Source: Callorhinchus milii
Taxonomy: Eukaryota
Assembly: GCF_018977255.1 (NCBI RefSeq)
Contig: NW_024704742.1
Location: 60,514,001 to 60,578,000 of the forward strand
DNA length: 64,000 bases
Reading direction: 5' to 3'
Each line of letters starts with the position of its first letter. Within the stretch, counting starts at the first letter, position 1. Below the pieces are notes generated by a model. It saw only the letters and a program-made list of their open reading frames with translations. It searched no databases and was not told the origin of the DNA. Below, piece after piece: positions 28,200 to 41,267 of the stretch. The position numbers were made by a program, and so were the translations under genes.

Positions 28200-29310
28200 G
28201 TCAGAAATTGATGGATGTCATGCATATGGATTTTCATGAAGCGTTTGGTGAAGTGCCACACGTAAAATAATTAGCTAAAAATTAAAGCACATGGAGTTGT
28301 AATATTCTGCTGTTGGTAGGAAATTGGTTGTGAGACAGGAAGCAGAGAGCTGATATAAAACGGTGTCCTCTGATTGGCAAGCAATAACAAGTAGTGTCCC
28401 CAGGAGTTGATGGGGCCGGCCTTTCACCCTATATATCAATGACCTTGAAATAGGAATAGAGGGGCCTATTTCTACGTTTGCAGATGACACTAGGGTTGGA
28501 GGTGTTGTAAATTGTGAAGAAGACAAGTGAAAAATACAATGTGACATGGCTTAAGCAAGTCGGCCATTAATCTATGTCGGAGAATTTTTAACACCGCAAA
28601 GTATGAAGTAGTACACTTCAGGTGGAAAAATAGCAGTTGTGAGTATATTCTAAATGGGAAAAGCCAAGGAGAGGTGGATAACCAGAGAGTTCTGCTGACT
28701 CAAGTCCATAGATCGTAAGATCCAGTTCGCAGATGCAGAAATCAGTACTATACTGTAATGTCCTTCAGCACAGTACTGTAATCAGCTTTGGGCACCTCAT
28801 CTTAGGAAAGATATGTATTGTGCTATAGCAGTTTAGCTCCCCATTTAATTGTGATAAATACTTGGAGGGTGTCTAGCAAGGTTCACTAGATTAATACCCA
28901 GGCTTTATTGTAAACTGAGGCTGAGAATGTGATTCTGTTCCCTGAAGCAGAGGTTTAAGGGGTGATTTGATTGAATTATGTAAAATAATGAAAGGAATTG
29001 ACAAGTTAGATAGTGGAAATGGGAGGGTTCAATTTGAAGGGTGCAAAGCCTTACAAACAGAACTAAAACAGTTAGAACTGAGGTCAGAGGCTGGGACGAT
29101 GTGGAATGGTGTGCACTAGAAAGCTGTAGAGGTGGAATCAAAAATGTGTCTTTGTTTAAAAGAGAGACACAACACATCTTTGGGTGATAGAGATATTAAG
29201 GGGTATGATGAAAGAGCAGGGCATTGGGATTAAGACATCCACCAAGATCTAATAAACTGGTGGAACAAGCTTGCTGGGTTGAATGACTTCCTCCTGTTCC
29301 TGTCTCCCTA
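28200..29310 (+). mobile_element. Degraded CR1 LINE fragment
   Basis: Remnants DVMHMDF.EAFGEVPH, SSVPQ, YINDL, FADDT; similar to 33950-35347. Confidence 0.85.
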
Positions 29311-30469
29311 TCTTTCTTAATGATATCTTGTTTTATTCACAAGAAGGAAGCGGTAAATTGTATATAAAGCTTATGCATTTTAGTATTAATTCCCAACTAC
29401 AGTAGGTGGCCTAATATTAAGACCCAGATATGGGAGTTAAGCCCACATTTCAACTGTAATTAATTACTGAACAGCAGCAGCAACTAATGAATTTGAAAAA
29501 GGATAATTTTTTTTAACTGGTCAATGAAACCTAAGATTTATCAGTTATGAAATATTAAATTATGATCCATATATTCGCTCACAAAACATAGGCACTGAAC
29601 TTTACAGTATATCCTGTGAGCGCTTTGGGACATCCCCCTCACGTGAAAAGTGCTGTCACCCAATATTAATAATAATAATCCTTGCATTTGATATAGCGCC
29701 TTATCACGTTGTTGAGACGTCTCAAAGCGCTTTATAGAATATACTATGAAGTGTAGTGTCTGTAAATTTTGTGGGTGAAATGTAAGGATTATTATTATTT
29801 TATTAGTTTTTCCTTAACTCCTAAATGTCTTCGGGTGCCCTTCCACTCCCTGAAAATATCCCTTACCCATTAAACCTAATGCATCATATTTCAGTAGTCT
29901 TGCATCTATTTCTGTTCAAAGCAACTTTCATAATTTAAGAAGTAATGAACGATTTAGTGCTGAAAATAAGCAATTATTTTTTAATGCATTTTATCACAAA
30001 GAATAAATAAACAATATTCATCTCCACATGCAGCTACAATTTTGGGGACCATGTTAATTAAATACAGTAAAATAAAGTCATATTTGAATCAATGGGAATC
30101 ATGGCTTTGTTACCTTTGAAATAAAACTCCTGTAAGATAAATATAGAGCTTGAAGTGACAGAATATTTGTTGCTCTACCTTTTGAATCACATTTGTATTC
30201 CCATAGTTATTGCCTAAACATAATTTGGATAAATTAACTTGTCTATTCCACATTCATCAGCATAAACATCGAAAACAGACAGAAGTGTCGCAGAATGTGT
30301 GTATACCATGAGTTATTAAACTTGTGTCAGCTGCTTTGTCTGGTTAAACTTCACTTCAATGGAGCAATTACTGTGGTGAAGCAAGGTCTGTTTCTAATCT
30401 AATAATCAAGATATTGGGTAAACTGTACTTTGGAAAACAAACTTTGAAGTTACCAATTATCCCTATGTT

Positions 30470-31712
30470 AACCTGGCTGTGTTGGTAACAATCTCCTCCG
30501 TCAGAAGGTTGTGGGTTCAAGCCCCACATTGGCACTTTGATTTTTGTTTGATCAGCGGGTGTCTAACACATGTACAAACCCATCACTGTGCTTTAGAGTA
30601 TCCAAACTAAACTGAGATTTTCCTGCGTCCCATCTACACTTGGAAATCTCAGAGATAGATTGTTAGAATTGAATGCACACTCTCTCCCTGGAGGGTTGCA
30701 TCCTGCTTCCCTAATTCTGGAAAGTATTAGGTGCAGGTTGACAAGAGCCAAGGCTTGGGGACTCCAAGGTGTGCGTTGGGGTACTGCTGGAGTCTAACCA
30801 GCTAAAATCACATAGCTTGTCATTGATATTGCGATCTGGTAAGCTTTCCCGCTGCTTGTCCGGCTAGGACCACCCTAACCGTTGGAGCTTTGGCTTGCAA
30901 GGTTAGCTGAGGAGCTGAGTGACTCCCTTCCCCCAGTGATAAGTCTGTCCTTCCAGATCCTGTGCTGTCATCAGCAGTGCCCTGGAATCTGTGGTCCCAC
31001 CTGGCTCAGGAACCGGACTACTGAGACCCCTGCAGAGGGCTGGCTCTATTCCAACATTGCATTGTTGGGGAAATCACCTCGGAGCCAGTTCAGCTACAAG
31101 GAGACCCCGCTTACCTCCCACCGAGGAGGATTGTCACTAGTTGGTCATTCGACATCCGAGAAGCATGGGTTTGAGCCTCACTAGGCCAATGGTAGGTACA
31201 GCGTACTCCCTGTGAGCTTCCCAGTGGGCAACACATCTCAGCATGAAATGCGTATGAGTATTGCCACCGTTTTCCTGTCCATAGCTCAGGCAACATCCCT
31301 TCCCATTGAGCGATGGTACTTGGAGCTCATATCCAGGCTGATAATCCAGTCCAGGGTTATATTTTATGTTGGAGGTGCGATCCTTTGGATGAGAAGTTAA
31401 ACTGAGGTTTAATCCAGCTGCCTTTTTAGGTGGATGTTAAAAAAAAGGCAGATTACAGGAATCCCATGGCACTATTGAGATGAGAAGGAACTATTTGAAA
31501 ACTGAGGGAGCTTCACCTGGTGTCCTGATCAACAATCCGCAAATAAAATTCACTTCTTGGCTGTTTGTGTGACATCGCTGTGGGCAAATTAGCTGCCGCA
31601 TTTGGCTGCAAGTATGCTGTCACTACACTTTACAGTAAATTCCTGTGAAGCACTTTGAGATGTTTCGACAAATTGATAAAAACGCAATTCGAATCCAAGG
31701 ATTATTATTATG
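30470..31712 (+). mobile_element. Older Deu-type SINE (second family) split by an ~780 bp insertion
   Basis: Head TCAGAAGGTTGTGGGTTCAAGCCCCAC at 30501. Body resumes at ~31320 (…GGAGGTG…TTTGGATGAGAAGTTAAACTGAGG). Related copies at ~10415-10580 (+), ~15000-15285 (-), ~3540-3860 (-), ~24320-24600 (+), ~48100-48280 (-). Confidence 0.75.
30541..31315 (-). mobile_element. Unclassified interspersed repeat, longest of six copies in the window
   Basis: Shares a T-rich end and GGGTGTCTRACACATG..AAACCCATCA...GCTAGGACCAC...TTTGGYTTGCA blocks with 17350-17760, 38167-38530, ~39600-40150, ~51450-51975 and ~55280-55645. Confidence 0.8.
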
Positions 31713-31895
31713 ATAAATGAATGGATCCTGATCTGAAACAGAAAGTGTTCTAATAACGCAGAGAAACAATAAAAGTGATCAGATGTTGCATGTATATTTT
31801 TTGATGGTGTGAATTATTCGCAAGACATTGTTAATTTCTCGGATGCCTTTTGCTTTGAATGAACTCTCATGAGAAATATTATATTTTTCCAACAG

Positions 31896-32008
31896 CATCA
31901 ATGTTTTCTCAGAATATGGGTTTCCTAAGTGAAGATTTAACAACTAATAATTCTCTGTCTATACACGCAAAATGGCTGGCCAACAATTGCCAGCCAAACT
32001 TTCGGAAA
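31896..32008 (+). CDS. AGA: AGA coding exon 4
   Basis: ttccaacag| acceptor. (A)SMFSQNMGFLSEDLTTNNSLSIHAKWLANNCQPNFRK. Donor |GTAAGT. 113 bp. Confidence 0.97.
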
Positions 32009-32497
32009 GTAAGTGTCAATTCCATCAAAACAGGTCTTTTTATTAACCTTTTAGATGTATGTTGTAGACTGTATTTAAAAAAAGGCAATATAATTACTGA
32101 TTGTTTAAAAGCACATACAGTTAAACTTGCATAAGTCTTATCTTTATTAATAGTACAATCACCTAAGTTGTACATTCACCCAAGTCCCATTCAGTTTCCT
32201 ACCAAAACCACTTAGATTTCTTTGCACTACTTGTATTAATAACCTCCTAACTCATAACATCACTCCCCTACCCTCCATAACTCCCGTACGTACTAGTTGC
32301 ATTAAATCGCGGAAAACATAGCCTTGCTCCGTCACGACATGCTCACTTACTGACTGGATTGAATTACGCATGCTTAGTGTAGATTATTGATTAACTTGGA
32401 TTTAATACAACTTATACAGTTTGCCTGCAACTCGAACTTCGCGTAAATCATATTAAATGTTATGGTCCCAATTATGTGAGTTTTCCTGTATTTGTAG

Positions 32498-32615
32498 AGC
32501 GTCTTTCCGGATCCGGAAACATCTTGCGGTCCATACAAGCCAACTGAGAGACGACAATCCAAAAAACTGAAAAACCTGAAGCAACGCATCAATTATCGCA
32601 GCCATGACACGATTG
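32498..32615 (+). CDS. AGA: AGA coding exon 5 (autocleavage site HD|T, catalytic Thr)
   Basis: tttgtag| acceptor. SVFPDPETSCGPYKPTERRQSKKLKNLKQRINYRSHDTI. Ends at non-canonical donor G|GCAAGT. 118 bp. Confidence 0.94.
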
Positions 32616-32892
32616 GCAAGTTTGTTTTAATACCCATATATTTATTATTTGCTTACAAAATATAGCCACCACACTTTAAAGTAAATTATGTAATGTGTTT
32701 TGAGACATTCTCCCAACGCAAGATGTTCTCATCAAATACAAGGGTTATTATTTATTATTTTTAAGAGTGGCCAAACCCAATGTACAATTGGAAAATAAAT
32801 GGGATTAGAAATCCATTATTTCTCAGCATGAAGAATGGAGTTGGGGATTTCTGCAGAATTTGTGCTAATCTTTGAGAATGTTTTGAATTTAG

Positions 32893-32968
32893 GTATGATT
32901 GTGATAGACAAGAACGGAAACGTAGCAGCTGGGACATCAACTAACGGTGCGAACCATAAAATTCACGG
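32893..32968 (+). CDS. AGA: AGA coding exon 6
   Basis: aatttag| acceptor. (G)MIVIDKNGNVAAGTSTNGANHKIH(G). Donor GG|GTGTGT. 76 bp. Confidence 0.97.
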
Positions 32969-33735
32969 GTGTGTACTTTTGATTAGGTGTTTTACAAGCT
33001 TAAGACTTTAAAGTGAATAAAGCGGATTATTGTTCCTACATAAACTTTGATTGGGGAAGATGATGCTCCCAAACCTTTCATTGTTTGTACTGTGGTTCAA
33101 ACACACACAAAAATATATATTCACATTCATTTATTGACATTCTGTAAGTTAAACCCATGTCCAACATCCACTTCAATAAACCTTTTCACAAAGGTCTAAC
33201 TTACATGAGACGATGGATAAAATTCAGCTGGTATTGAATTCCAGTCGCTGGGAAAGAAATAGTTTCTGGTGTAGGTCCCAAAAGTGCCTTTCACACCCCT
33301 GAATTTGTGCCCTTTTATCAAACTATCTTGGCAATTCCTTCTGCTTTTTAATAAAAACTGCTCGTTCCGTAAGTTCCTGTCTCCATTTATCACTTATCCC
33401 AAACAATCCCACTGATATCAGGACTTTCTGATTTTCCACAGTGCAACATAACAATTTATTAGCCACTCACTGTGCTATAATGAAATGTAATGGTTTACCA
33501 TCTCTTATTATTTACAAACCTAGGCAGCATGTTCTTAGAAAAGATTTTCCCTTTATCAGCGAGTGGCTTGCAAGTCGAGTAAATATACTGAACAGTGGGA
33601 AAAGAAATATAAGCTATTGAGGTAAATAAATATACTCTAGAGATGAGATATTTGTATATTTGTTAAAAATGTAATGCAACTTAACCTTGGCTGTTTTATT
33701 TGTGTTTCTTATCTGAAGTGACTTTAATCTTCCAG

Positions 33736-33843
33736 CCGTGTAGGGGATTCACCAATAGTTGGAGCAGGTGCTTATGCTGATAGCACAGCTGGAGGTGCAG
33801 CTGCTACTGGAGACGGTGATATCATGATGAGATTTCTTCCGAG
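33736..33843 (+). CDS. AGA: AGA coding exon 7
   Basis: cttccag| acceptor. [35 protein letters not shown], containing the Ntn-hydrolase substrate-binding motifs RVGDSP and TGxG. Donor AG|GTGCGT. 108 bp. Confidence 0.98.
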
Positions 33844-33949
33844 GTGCGTTGTCTTACCAAATAAGTATTTTAGTGGAGGATGTGTTTTAAACCTGTTAGC
33901 CACTAATAGATCAGAACATCAAAGTCCCAGTATTTGGAGGAATGATAGG

Positions 33950-35347
33950 TGTTCAAGAAAATCCAAAGCCCAGGGACAGAAAGATAAACCTGTGAACTAC
34001 AGTCAGTAGTGGAGAAACTTCTAGAGACTGTAATCCGGGACAAAATAAATTTTCACTTAGAAAAATATGGGATAATAAAGGACATCCAACACGGATTTGT
34101 TAAAGGTAAATCATGTCTAAGAAACTTAATAGAGCTTTTTTGATGAAGAAACAGAGAGGGTGGATGAAGATAGTGCAGTAGATGTAGTTCACATGGATTT
34201 TCAAAAGTCATTTGATAAAGTGCCACATAAGAGACTTGTAAGCAAAATAAAAGCCCACGGTATTAAAGAGACAGTGGCAGCATGGATACAGAACTTCTTG
34301 GTAGACAGAAAGCAGAGAGTGTTGGGGAACGGTTGTTTTTCTGACTGGAGGGAAGTGTGAAGTGGTGTCCCCCAGGGGTCAGTATTGCGACCACTGCTGT
34401 TTTTGATCTATATAAATGACCTGGACTTGGGTATAGGGAGTACAATTTCCAAGTTTGCAGATGATACTAAGCTAGGAAAAGTAGTAAACAGTGAGGAGGA
34501 AGTAGCAGACTGCAAGAGGACATAGACAGACTGTTAAAATTGGCAGATGAGGTTCAATGTGGATAAATGCGAAGTGTTGTATTTTGGGAGGAAGAATGAG
34601 GAGAGGCAATATAAGCTGATGGTAGAATCTTAAAGGGGGTGAAAGAACAGAGAGACCTGGGGGTTCATATAAGTAAATCTTTGAAGGTGGCAGGACAGGT
34701 AGATAAAGCTGTTAAAAAAGCATATGGGATACTAGTCTTTATAAATAGGAACATAGAATACAAAAGTCAGGAAGTTATGATGAACCTTTATAAAACACTG
34801 CTGAGGCCTCAGCCAGAGACTGTGTTCAGTTCTGGGCACCACACTTTAGGAAGGATGTCAAGGCATTGGAGGGTACAAAGGAGATTTACCAGGAATTAAG
34901 GACTTCAGTTATGAGGAGATGCTGGAGAAGCTGGGATTATTCTCCTTGGAGCAGAGAAGGTAAGAGGAGACTTAATAGAAGTTTTCAAAATTATGAGGGG
35001 ATTCAATAGGGTGAACAAGGAGAAACTATTTCCACTGGCGGGTGGGTCGGTAACCCGATAGCACCGATTTAACATAGTTGTTAAAGGAAACAGAGGGGAG
35101 GTGAGGAGAAATGTTTTCACACAGTGAGTTGGTCGGATCTGGAATGCATTGTCTGAAAGAGTGGTGGAAACCGATTCGGTAACAACTTTTAAAAGAAAAG
35201 TAGATAATTATTTGGGGAGGACAAGTTTTCAGGGCTATGGGGAGAGAGCGGGGGAGTGGGTTTGCTTTGGACTGCTCTTTTCACAGAGCCGGCACAGACA
35301 CGATGGTCCAAATGGCCTCCTTCTGTGCTGTATAATTCTATGAACTA
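33950..35347 (+). mobile_element. CR1-clade LINE, 5'-truncated and frameshifted RT region plus 3' end
   Basis: Peptides [57 protein letters not shown]1-type terminus ...CTGTGCTGTATAATTCTATGA. Confidence 0.93.
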
Positions 35348-36297
35348 AGCAGCCCTGATTTCTGATATGAATTTGGGCAACAACGATGGGTTAATTTAAT
35401 GACTGCTGTTAAGGTTACTGGGTTACATTTCCACCCAGTGATAAATAAATAAATAAATAATCCTTGCATTTGATATAGCGCTTTTCACGCCTTCTCGTGA
35501 AATAATGATGTGAACAAAGGTTTGTGGTTTAGCTATCACATGGACGCTCAGGGTTTGTGTGAAATTGCGGTGAACTGTTGTGCACGAAAGAATCCTACGA
35601 GATTGGTTTGCTTGAGTTTGTCGCTTGTTAATTTCTGAATTTCAATCCTGCAGTCAGATGAGGTGCTGTGAGGCATATTTCAGCAGGGATGGAAATATTG
35701 AAATTTGTGCTACCCTAAATTGATATAACACATATACCTCATAGTTGGTTTGAAAAGCAATGTCAGAGACCTGGGGCAGGTCATCAACCTGCCTTCACAG
35801 CCAAGGAATGGTGCATTGTTTGGAAGAGGAAAATAAAAGTTTTTTTTAAAAAAATCTGGTTCCTTCCAACTGGAACAAGTTATTTTTAGTTTGAAACTCA
35901 AATATTCATACCATTGCATGCTATTGTGGTTATCACAGTAGTATTACAGGGTAGCGGAATGTACTAGCCTTCTTATATGCCCACCCATGAGAGCCTGAGA
36001 GAAAAAGCGCATGAATGAGACCTTACTAAATTAAATCGAAAGACCTGTTTAATACTTATATAGGATTTTTTTTCTGCAAACCATGTTTGACAGCAAATCA
36101 CAGAAATGCTGGGGAAACTTTTTGGAACAATAGCACCCTCTAGTGAACAGTTTTACACCTTCAGGTAATGGGTGGAGGTGCCTTTATTTAAATACAGTAC
36201 AAAGGTATTTTTCTTGTATGACTTGTTTTATTAAAGTATATTTTGGATGTGGGGCGCTAACTTAATCTTACATGTTTTTGTTTGTCTCTCAATCTAG

Positions 36298-36431
36298 CTA
36301 CCAGGCAGTGGAATACATGAGAATGGGGCTTGATCCAACCATATCTTGCCAGAAGGCTGTTACAAGAATTCAAGTGTATTATCCAAAGTTTTTTGGCGCA
36401 CTTGTATGTGTCAACAGAACTGGGAGTTATG
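36298..36431 (+). CDS. AGA: AGA coding exon 8
   Basis: aatctag| acceptor. (S)[44 protein letters not shown]. Donor G|GTGAGT. 134 bp. Confidence 0.97.
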
Positions 36432-36559
36432 GTGAGTTTTTGGAATAAAACCTATGTAGGTACGGTTCATGTGAAATAGTTTCCTTCAGAGAGAAACAAA
36501 GCTGTATAATAAATAGCAAGAGATCGCAAGCATAAAACCCTTGTAATGCAAGGAAGAGA

Positions 36560-37200
36560 GTTGAAGGGACAGAGCAAAATGGGTGAAAGTTTGTCTGTCA
36601 ATGGTGAGACTGAGCAGGTGGATGGCATACAGCAAGCCAGAGTTGGCAGAGTGGAAGAAGTGGTTGTGGGATTAGGGCTGCAGAGATATGATGGGGCAAG
36701 GTCATGGAAGCATTTGTAAGTAATAATGAGGATCTTGAAGTTAATCGCTGAGGGATAGCAAGTCAGGTGTGGATGGGGGTGAAAGTTTTGAGGATCTTAA
36801 GTATGAGAGAGGATGTGGGCTGTGAAGTTCTGGAACTTGGGGTAGATGGAGCTTGGGCTCCGGCAAGCAGGGCATTAGAAAATTGAGTCTGGAGGTGACA
36901 AAGGCTTGGATGAGGTTTTCAGGGCTGTTTTGGTGGGGAGGTAGTGCTGGAGGGCAGTGATGTTGCAGAGATGGAAGAAATCAGAATCGGTCAGAGCCAG
37001 CTAAAAGGTACAACTGGTTGAGACTCGAACAAAACATTGAGGTTCTATACAGGCTCCATCAGTTGAAGTGAGAAACCAAGGAGATTGACATAGTTAGCAT
37101 CTGAGGTGAGGGGTTACTGACAGAAGCTGAGGATAGCCTCAGTTTTATTAGCATTAAAGTTGGAGAAAGTTACTGCTCATTCACGACTTGATTCCTGATG
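36560..37200 (-). mobile_element. Highly degraded L2-like fragment in AGA intron 8
   Basis: Purine-rich + strand with GAGTCTGGAGGTGACAAAGGCTTGGATGAGG and similar blocks matching the reverse of the L2 3' ORF2 region. Confidence 0.65.
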
Positions 37201-37832
37201 GCCAGTCTTTCTAACTAGCAGTGGTCTTTGCTACATCACTGAATCACTAGTATATTTTACTGCAGGTATAGCTAAGGTTTGCTGTTTGAGCTGTGAACAA
37301 GCGCGTTACAGTCAAGTTATGATGTCTGCAAACGTCATGCTTCAATTGTGTCATTTCTAAGCAACGCAAGTGTATTTTTTGTTTGCAGTGGAAATTGTTG
37401 AGAATAGCTGTATTCCACTGACACTGGTATGCCATCTACTTTGAAATGCCCAAGTGCAAAGATTAGATTAGAAGGTTGAAAGATGACATTGCTTGGAAGG
37501 GCTTTTACAAAAGCTCAGCATTTTAATAAGCCTGAAAGACTACTCTGCAGAATAGATGCAGAGGGTCATCATATTGTATGACTTATTTTTCTTTCGAATG
37601 AAAATTTTAGGAAAATATAATGTTTTATATAGAGAAACAGGAATATAGAATTCTGGAGTTAGAAACTAATTTGATAACTTGCAGATTCTACAGGACAAGC
37701 TTTGACCTTGATATATCTTACCCGAATTGTATCATCCAATTGTCCCTTATAAAGTTTCAATAAATGACTACTGCTGATATAAATATATGTGTATATACAT
37801 ATTGCTTAAGTAAGTTTTCAGTATAGTCAAAT

Positions 37833-37845
37833 CGCCCCCTGCTGG
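37833..37845 (-). promoter_or_regulatory. CTCF core motif
   Basis: Minus strand CCAGCAGGGGGCG; GC-rich island in AT-rich intronic sequence. Confidence 0.6.
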
Positions 37846-40476
37846 GCTGTGGACATTCTATATTTCAAAGAGCAGTATAATTATGCGATGACTTCTATCG
37901 GCAGTAGTAATGCCATAAATTCCTAATTGTGTTCTGCGCATATAGAAACACCTTTCATACACAGTCTAAATATCCAAAGTGCAAAGGGAAATGGAGCACC
38001 AAAACTCCATGGCAATTTAATTCACTAGGACTTCAGTCAAGCTTAATGGTGTCAATCTGTTAATCCTATGCCCATTTTGTGAGAAAAACACTCTACTAAT
38101 TTAATTGTATTCCTATCAAAGCTGGGTGGTTACATCTGGACATAACACTTTGAGCTACACTTCTAGGTTTTTTTTGGTCAGCCGGGTGTTTGACACATGC
38201 AGAAACCCATCACCATGCTTCCAAACCAAACTGAGAATTCCATGCTTCCACCTACACAAGGCCAGAGTGTGTTGGGGGTACTCCTGGAGTCTTTATCCAG
38301 TTAAAACCACATAGCTTGCCATTGAAATTGGCAAGCTTTCCTGCTACTTGTCCAGCTAGGACCACTCTGCCCAATAGGGCTTTGGTTTGCAGGGTTAACA
38401 GGAGCTGAGTGGGATGAGTCCCTGTTCCCAGTGACTGATCTGCACTTCAGGAACCAGACTATCGAGACTGCCATAGAGGGCTAGCTTGATTCTGACATCC
38501 GTTGCCAGGCATGTCACGTTTGGGGCCACTAAGTACTAGGCATGGTGGTAAGGGAACAATTTAAGGCAAAGAATTATCACCCACAAAGTGTATTGATATA
38601 ACATTTAAGCATGATGGATTCTGCTATTTTTCTGGTACTTGTACTATTAATGGTAAATAAATCTAGTTGCAGCACTGACATTTATTTATGCAGCGTTAAA
38701 TAAGTAATGTACTTCATGGACATGGTCATCTAGTTTACAAATTGAAATTGTGATCACATTGTGATGGAAACCCCTTGTTTGATGAAGCCAAAATGGGCAC
38801 TAATAGAGCAAATTATTTTTATTTAATGCTAGCCCATAAAAAGCATGACACTAATGAACATATTATCTCGTAGAGTTGAAATACTTGGTTCTTTACCAAT
38901 TTAGTTAGATGCATTAGAACTGGAAGAGAAAAAAAGCTAGAACCAGGTATTGAATGTATTTTCGGGATTGGCATAACAACCAGATAAATTTAACAACCAG
39001 GTTTTCCTACAGCACTTCATTAGAATATCAGTTTGGACCATAAGGTCAAAATCCCTTATAAACATTTGATTCACAGCAAGGGTGCTACCAACTAAACCAG
39101 GCTGACACCACAGTGGTATGTGTAGTATAAACCTGCATACTTATAAATTCAGATATGAAATTGCTTTTTTTTAGCAATCTGGAACCTCAGCACATTATTT
39201 ATTTAAGATTGTTCCGCATACCTCCATATCATTCTGAATTATAATATAGCATGGAATGGCTTCAATTGCTTGTCACAAAGATAACTTGCATGAACCATGT
39301 TTAAGACTCCAGGAGAAATGGATCCAAAGAAATGCTAAAAACAGTTTAAAATGTTAATCAGAATAAAAGAAGTCTCACCTTTTACTTTTGAAAAGAATTA
39401 CTATTTGTAGTAGGATGACCAATATGGTACCAATATGTGTCTTGTACATGACATTTCTCAATTAATAAAAAATCTCGGGTGATTTCACTTGAGGGAAGGT
39501 CTGTGCAGGGAAATTGAGCGTCAACAGTTCGTAGTGATTGTCTGCTTCCTATTGATGGGATGGGGGGTGGGGGAGGAGATGGAAGGTAAACAGATTTTCC
39601 TTGGAGATGAATTGGCTTCAACAAAACATGCGTGACAATGGAATCAAGTGAATCCTGTGGCAGTCCTGGTAGTCCATCCAGTTCTTGATACAGACTCGTC
39701 CAGAGTAATGCAGCACACTGCTGATGACATACCAGCCAGCCTGGCTCATCGGTAGGACTCGGAGGGGCAGACTCTATTGGATCATTGGAGGCAGTGATTT
39801 TTCCCACTCGGCTCCTGTAAACCTGCAAGAAAAAGCCCCAACAAATAGGGTGGTCCTAGCTGGACAACAGCAGAAAGCTTTCAGACAGAGCTTTTACTGG
39901 TAAGCTAGGTGGCTTTAGCTGGTTAGTACCCCAGTGCAAACTCCCTGGTTCCCCAAGCTTTGGCTCTTGCCAATCTGTGCCTAATATTCTCCGGATTGGT
40001 AAGCAGTATACGTCCCTCCAGGGAGAGAGGGTGCATTGCATTCCAAATACCAGATTTTCCATGTGTAGGTGGCATGTATGGAATTCTCCCTGGTTTTGAT
40101 GCTCTTAAGCATGGTTAATAGGTTTCTACATGCACCCAGCTTCCCACTAATAAAGGTCAGACTGAGTAAAGGATCAAGGTTCAAATTTATGCACCTTCAA
40201 AACAGTTTTGTCAAGTAGACTCAAGATCGTTGACTCGTTGAGCTTTCCACTTTCTCAAATTATTAACTGTGGTGAAAGAAGCATTAAAAATCAATACAAA
40301 GTTTTATTAGGCTTAACAGATTCACTTTTTTGAAGGACATTTTCTGATCTTTAACATCAGATCTTTAACATCACTTGCATTTATTATTGATTTCATCAGG
40401 TCTTGAAACAGAATAAATGTAATACCTGTACAAGTATGAAAGTGTTTCAAAAAGGTCAAAGAAAAACACTTGAAAG

Positions 40477-40790
40477 GGAGTCCTGTAGCTCAGTGGTTAG
40501 AACACTCGCTTTGCAAGTGAGAGACCTGAGTTCAATTCCAGGCAGGGCGAAACCTTGGGCAAGTTTCCTTACTCCACACGCCTAATAATATTCCCATCAA
40601 AACCAAAAACAATAATAAATTGGTCATTTTCAATCTACGACTGTTTGTGGGACATTGCTGTGTGCAATTGGCTGCCGCGTTCGTCCACAAATACAGTCAA
40701 TTCACTTTACAGTGTGTTCTGTGAAGCGCTTTGGGACGTCCTCCCGACGTGAAAAGCGCTATTTCAAATGCAAGGATTATTATTATTTAT
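40477..40790 (+). mobile_element. Full-length tRNA-derived SINE
   Basis: Pol III A box TAGCTCAGTGG, B box GTTCAATTCC, conserved core TGTGGGACATTGCTGTGTGCAATTGGCTGCCGCG and (TTA)n tail. Confidence 0.95.
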
Positions 40791-41267
40791 TAATAATAAT
40801 CCTTGCATTTGATAAAGCGCCTTATCATGTCTTTGAGACATCTCAAAGCGCTTCACAGAATATACTGTAAAGGTGAATTGGCTGCATATTTTGTGGGTGA
40901 AATGTGAGAAGTCTCTAGTCAGTACGTTTTCGTTCACCTGTAGTCACTACACTGAACAGTATATTCTGTGAAGTGCTTTAAGACATCCTCCCAATGTGAA
41001 ATATGCTATATCAAATCTAAGGGTTATTATTATTATTATGTGTACCAGGGGGAGCCATTCTGCTTACAAACTGACAGCACTACCTATTCATTTTTTAAAA
41101 TCAATGAAAAATCTCCAATAAGTTGTATTAAATGTCCTGGAGGTCAAAAAAACATTCATTCTAATTTGGAACCATTAGAAAATAAGAAAAAGACTATTAA
41201 CGAGCTGGTTTGAAAAACATTTATACAGATACTTGTTATGTAATCCTTGAATTTTTTTTTCTTTTAG

